DNA of 64,000 nucleotides from an uncultured Clostridia bacterium (GTDB lineage Bacteria; Bacillota; Clostridia; UBA1212; UBA1255): NCBI GenBank assembly GCA_947625435.1, contig CANQOI010000002.1, positions 1,043 to 65,042 of the forward strand, read 5' to 3'. Shown piece by piece: positions 59,443 to 64,000 of this stretch (position 1 is its first letter; each line of letters starts with the position of its first letter). The notes under the pieces were generated by a model. It saw only the letters and a program-made list of their open reading frames with translations, ran no database searches and was not told where the DNA came from. The position numbers and the translations under genes were made by a program.

Positions 59443-60117
59443 TCACAGTCCGTAGTTTAATATGATGTCGTACATTTCACGGCAGGAGTTTACGCTGAAG
59501 GACGCATTCTGAGCCTTCAGCTTATCCTTGTCGCCGTATCCGTACATGACGGCGCACGTATGCATGCCCGCCGCCTTTCCCGCCTGTATGTCAGTATATG
59601 AATCACCGACCATAACGGCGTCTTCGGCGCTCACTCCCATAGCGTCAAGACACACGAGGAGTCCCTCCGGGTCCGGTTTCATGCATTTTACCGATTCGGG
59701 GCCGACTATACGTGTAAAATATCCTTCTACCCCGAGCTTTGCCACTATGAGTTTTGTGACGACTTCGGGTTTGTTCGTGACTATACACATGCCCACGCCG
59801 TTTTCAGACAGCCCGGCGGCCATCTCTTTAAAACCGTCGTAAAGACACGTCCGGTCGCAGGGGTGAGCCTCATAATACGCTTTATACCACGAAAGTGCCT
59901 CGGCAAGCCTATCCTCCGGCAGCGCAGACAATGTGTTGTCAATAAGGTATTTCGCTCCGTGGCCTACGAACGACATTATAACGTCGTGTCCGAGGAGCGG
60001 CTGCCCGTACTGCTCCTGAGTCGCCCTCACGGAAGCGACTATATCGCGTCCCGTATCGGCCACAACGCCGTCAAAATCAAATATCACCGCTTTTATCTTA
60101 CTCGTATGCATGATCAT
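59443..60117 (-). CDS. HAD-family hydrolase (phosphoglycolate phosphatase-like)
   Basis: Motif I AVIFDFDGVVADT, motif II T, motif IV VGDSYTDIQAG. Start at MIMHTS with a 1-nt TGATG overlap with corA. Confidence 0.75.
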   Translation of the reverse strand: MIMHTSKIKAVIFDFDGVVADTGRDIVASVRATQEQYGQPLLGHDVIMSFVGHGAKYLIDNTLSALPEDRLAEALSWYKAYYEAHPCDRTCLYDGFKEMAAGLSENGVGMCIVTNKPEVVTKLIVAKLGVEGYFTRIVGPESVKCMKPDPEGLLVCLDAMGVSAEDAVMVGDSYTDIQAGKAAGMHTCAVMYGYGDKDKLKAQNASFSVNSCREMYDIILNYGL

Positions 60118-61073
60118 CAAAACATCTTCTTTTTGTATAGTATCCACGCCACAATGACGCATATTATCACAGACGCGCCGCATATTATGTAAAATGCGCC
60201 GCTCACGGCCTGAAGCGGCTGCTCCACATTCATGCCGAAGAATCCGGATATTATGGAAGGTATCGCCATCACTAACGTGATAGACGCCAGCAGCTTCATT
60301 ACGATATTCTGATTGTTCGATATTATGGATGCGAACGCGTCCATAGTGCCGCTCAAAATATTGCTGTATATATTGGCCATTTCTATGGCCTGTTTATTCT
60401 CGATTATTACATCCTCGAGAAGATCCTCGTCATCGGGATATTTACGTATGCTCAGATTGTCATAACTGTACTTGAGCAGCTTCTCGAGCACTGTCTCGTT
60501 CGACTTGAGCGACGTAGAAAAGAATACGAGCGACTTCTCCAGTGAAAGGAGCATTATGAGCTCTTTGTTCTTCATCGATCTGTGGAGGTCGTTCTCTATG
60601 TTGTTGCTTATCTTGTCTATCTGGCGCAGATATTGCAGATAATACGTTGCATTCCTGTACATCAGCTGCAGCAAGAAGCGGTTCTTCTTGTATGTAGCGA
60701 ATGTTTTGACTCTGTTATCCAAAAAATCCTTAATCAGCTGGCTTTTCTTAAGACAGACGGTGATTACGCATTCTTTGCATACAACAATGCCCATAGGCAT
60801 TGTAGAATACATAAAGCTGTATGAGCTTTCCGATCTGGGTTCTACGACAGGTATGTCCGTAAGCACAAGTGTGCAGCCGTCCTCCGACTCTATCCTCGGT
60901 CTTTCCTCTTCATCAAGGGCGGCCGTTATGAAGTCTCTCTCGGCTCCCGAAAATTCGATTATACGCTCTGTTTCTTCGGGTGTGGGGTCGAGCACGTTTA
61001 TCCAGCACCCTTCCTTCGGCTCGTTGAGCACTGTGAGTTTACCCTCACAATCGGTTAAAAAGATCTCATACAT
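60117..61073 (-). CDS. corA: magnesium/cobalt transporter CorA
   Basis: C-terminal two TM helices with the FFGMNVE signature. Confidence 0.85.
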   Translation of the reverse strand: MYEIFLTDCEGKLTVLNEPKEGCWINVLDPTPEETERIIEFSGAERDFITAALDEEERPRIESEDGCTLVLTDIPVVEPRSESSYSFMYSTMPMGIVVCKECVITVCLKKSQLIKDFLDNRVKTFATYKKNRFLLQLMYRNATYYLQYLRQIDKISNNIENDLHRSMKNKELIMLLSLEKSLVFFSTSLKSNETVLEKLLKYSYDNLSIRKYPDDEDLLEDVIIENKQAIEMANIYSNILSGTMDAFASIISNNQNIVMKLLASITLVMAIPSIISGFFGMNVEQPLQAVSGAFYIICGASVIICVIVAWILYKKKMF

Positions 61074-61074
61074 T

Positions 61075-61413
61075 TTATCTCCCGTCCTTCCAAAGTCTTT
61101 CTATGTTGTAATACTCTCTGTCCGATTCCTGGAAAATATGCACCACTACATCGATATAATCAAGGAGTATCCAGCTCGCCGTGTCGTAGCCTTCGATATG
61201 TGCGCAGGCAAGTCCGCGCTCTTTGAGCTTTTCGATGACCTCGTCTGCGATGCCCCTTAAATGGGTTGACGATGTGCCGCTGCATATTATAAAGTAATCG
61301 GTAACATTACTCAGCTTTTCCGTGTGTATGACCTCGATATTCTTGGCCTTTCTGCCGTCCAGCACACTTACGACATACTCCATGAGTTTTCTGCTCTCAT
61401 CGTGATCCATCAT
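61075..61413 (-). CDS. rsfS: ribosome silencing factor RsfS (Iojap)
   Basis: DYFIICSGTSSTHLRGIADEV and DYIDVVVHIF motifs. 112 aa. Confidence 0.85.
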   Translation of the reverse strand: MMDHDESRKLMEYVVSVLDGRKAKNIEVIHTEKLSNVTDYFIICSGTSSTHLRGIADEVIEKLKERGLACAHIEGYDTASWILLDYIDVVVHIFQESDREYYNIERLWKDGR

Positions 61414-62604
61414 TCACGCCTCCTTTGATACTCCGGATATCCTGCTCATTATCCAATTTCTGGTGCGCACACCTTCGGTACATACCCTTGCGCCCTTTTT
61501 ACCCATATTGTACAGTATGACGCGGTCGCATTCCTCGAGTATCGCGCGTTCAAGGGATCCGCATGCGATCTCGCGTCTTACCGCATCGTACATTTCACCG
61601 TGCCTGCCCGGCTCCGTGTAATCCGCCACAAAAAGTATCTGCGCGGTGAGACCCATTTCCGGGCGGCCTGTAATATGGCAGTCTATTGCCTCAAGTATTT
61701 CGGGATCGGTGATCCCGTATCGCTCAGATGCAAGTATAACACCCGCTTTTGCGTGGAGCAATACCTCTTTTGCATCATAATCCGCGGTTCCCGTACCGGA
61801 AAGGCCGAGCCATTTGTACTGCTGCGTATTGAGCTCCTTTCCGCAGTCGTGGAGGAGTCCCGCCAGCCGGCACTTTTCGGCATTGCCGCCGAATAAGTGC
61901 GCAAGCCTTACGCATTCGTTCATAACACCTACTGTATGTTCAAAGCGTTTGGCGCTCATGAGCGTTCTGACATCCGCGAATATTTCACCGAAATCCGGCG
62001 TATGCTGTTTATACAGCCCGTTTTCTTCTATATATTTCCCGACGCCTTCGGGTACGAGGCGCGATATATCCTCTCCCGCGCGCACCGCTTTTCTGACGTC
62101 GGTAGATGAAATATCCACTTCCGGTATGTCTGCGATCTCCACCTGTGCGCCCGCCTCTTCTGCCGCTTTAACGTACGCGTAAAATTCGTCGTCGCCGCTT
62201 CCCGGCCGTTTCATGGCCGCAAATATGCACATTTTGAATACGTCATCACTTTTGTACCATTTCACTATGTCGCGGAGCGTATCGGCTCCCACTATCATAT
62301 ACAGTATCTCGCTGTCTCCGTATTCGGCTCTCAGCTCTTTCAGCGTGTCATATGTATACGTTGTACCCTCACGTTCGCATTCCATGCGGCTCACATACAT
62401 ATTTTTCATGCCGGAAACGGCCGCCTCGAGCATTGCCGTTCTGTCCCGCGCCGGAGTTATCCTTCTTATTATCTTGTGCGGAGGGTCCCCGGTCGGTATA
62501 AATATAATGCGGTCAAGAGAAAATCTTTTCATTATCTCCTCAGCGCATTTTATGTGACCGACATGAACGGGGTCGAACGTACCCCCGAATATTCCCGTAC
62601 GCAT
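61414..62604 (-). CDS. nadD: fused nicotinate-nucleotide adenylyltransferase (NadD) and HD-domain Ap4A hydrolase (YqeK)
   Basis: GIFGGTFDPVHVGH (HxGH) at the N-terminus. C-terminal HD motif LAGLLHDCGKE. One uninterrupted frame. Start set at MRTGIFGG. Confidence 0.7.
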   Translation of the reverse strand: MRTGIFGGTFDPVHVGHIKCAEEIMKRFSLDRIIFIPTGDPPHKIIRRITPARDRTAMLEAAVSGMKNMYVSRMECEREGTTYTYDTLKELRAEYGDSEILYMIVGADTLRDIVKWYKSDDVFKMCIFAAMKRPGSGDDEFYAYVKAAEEAGAQVEIADIPEVDISSTDVRKAVRAGEDISRLVPEGVGKYIEENGLYKQHTPDFGEIFADVRTLMSAKRFEHTVGVMNECVRLAHLFGGNAEKCRLAGLLHDCGKELNTQQYKWLGLSGTGTADYDAKEVLLHAKAGVILASERYGITDPEILEAIDCHITGRPEMGLTAQILFVADYTEPGRHGEMYDAVRREIACGSLERAILEECDRVILYNMGKKGARVCTEGVRTRNWIMSRISGVSKEA

Positions 62605-62681
62605 ATTTGCCACCTCTTTAAAATGTAAAAAATTCCCGTGCTGAGCTTCGGCACGGGATACAGATCTGCAAGTATATCGCC

Positions 62682-63116
62682 TTATAAATGCGGCGCTTTC
62701 TTGTCCATTGCTTTTCCGTAGCTGTACCACGAATTGCGCAGCTTGTGACGGAGATCAACATCGAATACCCACTCTATAGCCTCATAAAGCTGCTGTCTCA
62801 TATTAAGATATACTACTCTGTCGAAACCGTCCTGCTCCAGAAGAGCCTCCATCTCATCCAGCCATCTCAGCACACGGTCTATGCCGGCGGCCTTCGGATC
62901 AACCTTCTTGCGCAGATGCACTACAACGAGCTTAACAGATTTCTTCTGTATCTCGGCATCTGTGTAAATTTTCTTCTTTCTTTCCCGTTCCGGATTTACG
63001 GCTCTGCCAACACCGTCACCCGCACCATGAGAATCCATGGCTGATACCTCCGTTCTGTATAAATACTCATATTTTTTGAGTGACTTCAGTATACCACTTG
63101 AGGATATTAAAATCAA
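62682..63116 (-). CDS. hypothetical basic protein (likely shorter than the ORF track suggests)
   Basis: No recognisable motif. Does not match the YhbY/CRM fold expected at this position of the yqe operon. Confidence 0.3.
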   Translation of the reverse strand: MILISSSGILKSLKKYEYLYRTEVSAMDSHGAGDGVGRAVNPERERKKKIYTDAEIQKKSVKLVVVHLRKKVDPKAAGIDRVLRWLDEMEALLEQDGFDRVVYLNMRQQLYEAIEWVFDVDLRHKLRNSWYSYGKAMDKKAPHL

Positions 63117-63203
63117 TGTTAAATATTATTGAATAATAAAATAACGCCGGGCAGCCTTCGATGCGGAGCCGCCCGGTGTCTTTTGCACAGTCACTTATGC
63201 GTC

Positions 63204-64000
63204 TTATTCTTTCTTTTTCCTGACAGCTTCTATCATTGCGGGTATTACCTCCATGACGTCGCCCACTATGCGATAATCCGCCACCTTAAATATGGGCGCA
63301 TTGGGGTCGTTGTTTATGGCCACTATCGTGTCGGAGCCCGACATTCCCACAAGGTGCTGGAGAGCGCCGGAAATACCGCACGCTATATATACCTTGGGAG
63401 CTACCGTTTTACCGGTCTGTCCTACCTGATATGCCTGCGGGAGCCACCCCGAGTCAACAGCGGCGCGCGATGCGGCTACCGAGCCTCCCAAAAGGCCTGC
63501 GAGCTCACGCAGCATTGCGAAATTCTCGGGCTTCTTCATGCCGCGTCCGCCGGATACTATGATCTCAGCCTCCTCGAGATTTATGCGCTCAGTGACTTCT
63601 TTAACTCTTTCTGTGATCTCCGTACGTATGTTTTCGGGCGCGATGTGGATGTCCTCTCTTATTATCTCACCCTTACGGCTTTCGTCGGGAGCGGCCTTCT
63701 TAAATGTTCCCGGGCGCACCGTGGACATCTGAGGACGGTTATCCGGGCAGACTATCGTCGCCATGAGATTGCCTCCGAATGCGGGACGTGTGGACAAGAG
63801 ATTGCCCGTTTCTTCATCGATATCAAGACCCGTACAGTCGGCAGTAAGTCCCGTAGCCAGCTTGCAGGCAACGCGCGGTCCCAGATCCCTTCCGTTCCTT
63901 GTCGCCCCTATGAGCACTATATCGGGACGGTACTTGTTTATTAAAGTATATAAAGCATATGCGGAAGCGTCGGAATTGTATATGCCGTATTCGGCGCCCT
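63204..64000 (-). CDS. etfA: electron transfer flavoprotein alpha subunit (EtfA/FixB), 5' end beyond the window
   Basis: C-terminal FAD-binding [13 protein letters not shown] and [11 protein letters not shown]. The reading frame stays open to the window edge (...[35 protein letters not shown]). Confidence 0.8.
   Translation of the reverse strand, partial: GAEYGIYNSDASAYALYTLINKYRPDIVLIGATRNGRDLGPRVACKLATGLTADCTGLDIDEETGNLLSTRPAFGGNLMATIVCPDNRPQMSTVRPGTFKKAAPDESRKGEIIREDIHIAPENIRTEITERVKEVTERINLEEAEIIVSGGRGMKKPENFAMLRELAGLLGGSVAASRAAVDSGWLPQAYQVGQTGKTVAPKVYIACGISGALQHLVGMSGSDTIVAINNDPNAPIFKVADYRIVGDVMEVIPAMIEAVRKKKE

Noticed and set aside
63129-63944. 271-aa plus-strand ORF
   Set aside because: Antisense to etfA, whose frame is open to the window edge and carries FAD-binding motifs.
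1-64000. CRISPR arrays, rRNA genes, IS elements/transposases
   Set aside because: No regularly spaced short repeats, no rRNA-like conserved blocks, and no transposase-like (DDE/HTH) ORFs were seen anywhere in the window.

Overview
This 64 kb window looks like chromosome from a moderately GC-rich Firmicute (Clostridia; a dockerin protein, Tad/Flp pilus genes, a split purH/purO pair and DapL/DapF suggest a Ruminococcaceae/Oscillospiraceae-like organism). Coordinates ~11.6-64 kb are ordinary core genes: cell wall (PBP1A, MurC, MreB, YfhO, CdaA/CdaR), lysine and purine synthesis, a heterodimeric ABC exporter with a MarR regulator, QueA, a TCS-HtrA-Nth block, HflK/HflC, CorA, an RsfS/NadD-YqeK operon, EtfA, tRNA-Lys(CTT) and a Tad pilus module. 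The stand-out region is ~0.8-11.3 kb. A low-GC, tightly packed 8-gene minus-strand operon (2687-9851) sits between GC-rich host genes. It encodes a stand-alone FtsK gamma (winged-helix, KOPS-type DNA-binding) domain protein, then a 1095-aa soluble FtsK/SpoIIIE/EssC-family P-loop ATPase with no transmembrane segments. Four ~90-aa helical WXG100/Lap-like proteins follow, then a 427-aa protein with a long helical N-terminal region and a globular C-terminal domain (polymorphic-toxin/LXG-like), then a 96-aa helical protein that is a candidate immunity or partner. This resembles a type VIIb secretion substrate cassette (LXG toxin plus Lap helpers) fused to an FtsK-like motor. It lacks every membrane component of a T7SS and instead carries DNA-binding FtsK-gamma hardware, so I regard it as a candidate undescribed DNA-sensing/ATPase-effector or soluble T7SS-like module. 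It is bracketed by a 28-bp imperfect direct repeat (936-963 and 10173-10200), flanked by an ADP-ribosylglycohydrolase gene with an extra C-terminal domain on one side and a DUF3791/DUF3791/DUF3990/HTH cassette on the other. All calls rest on reading the translations and DNA by eye; no searches were run.
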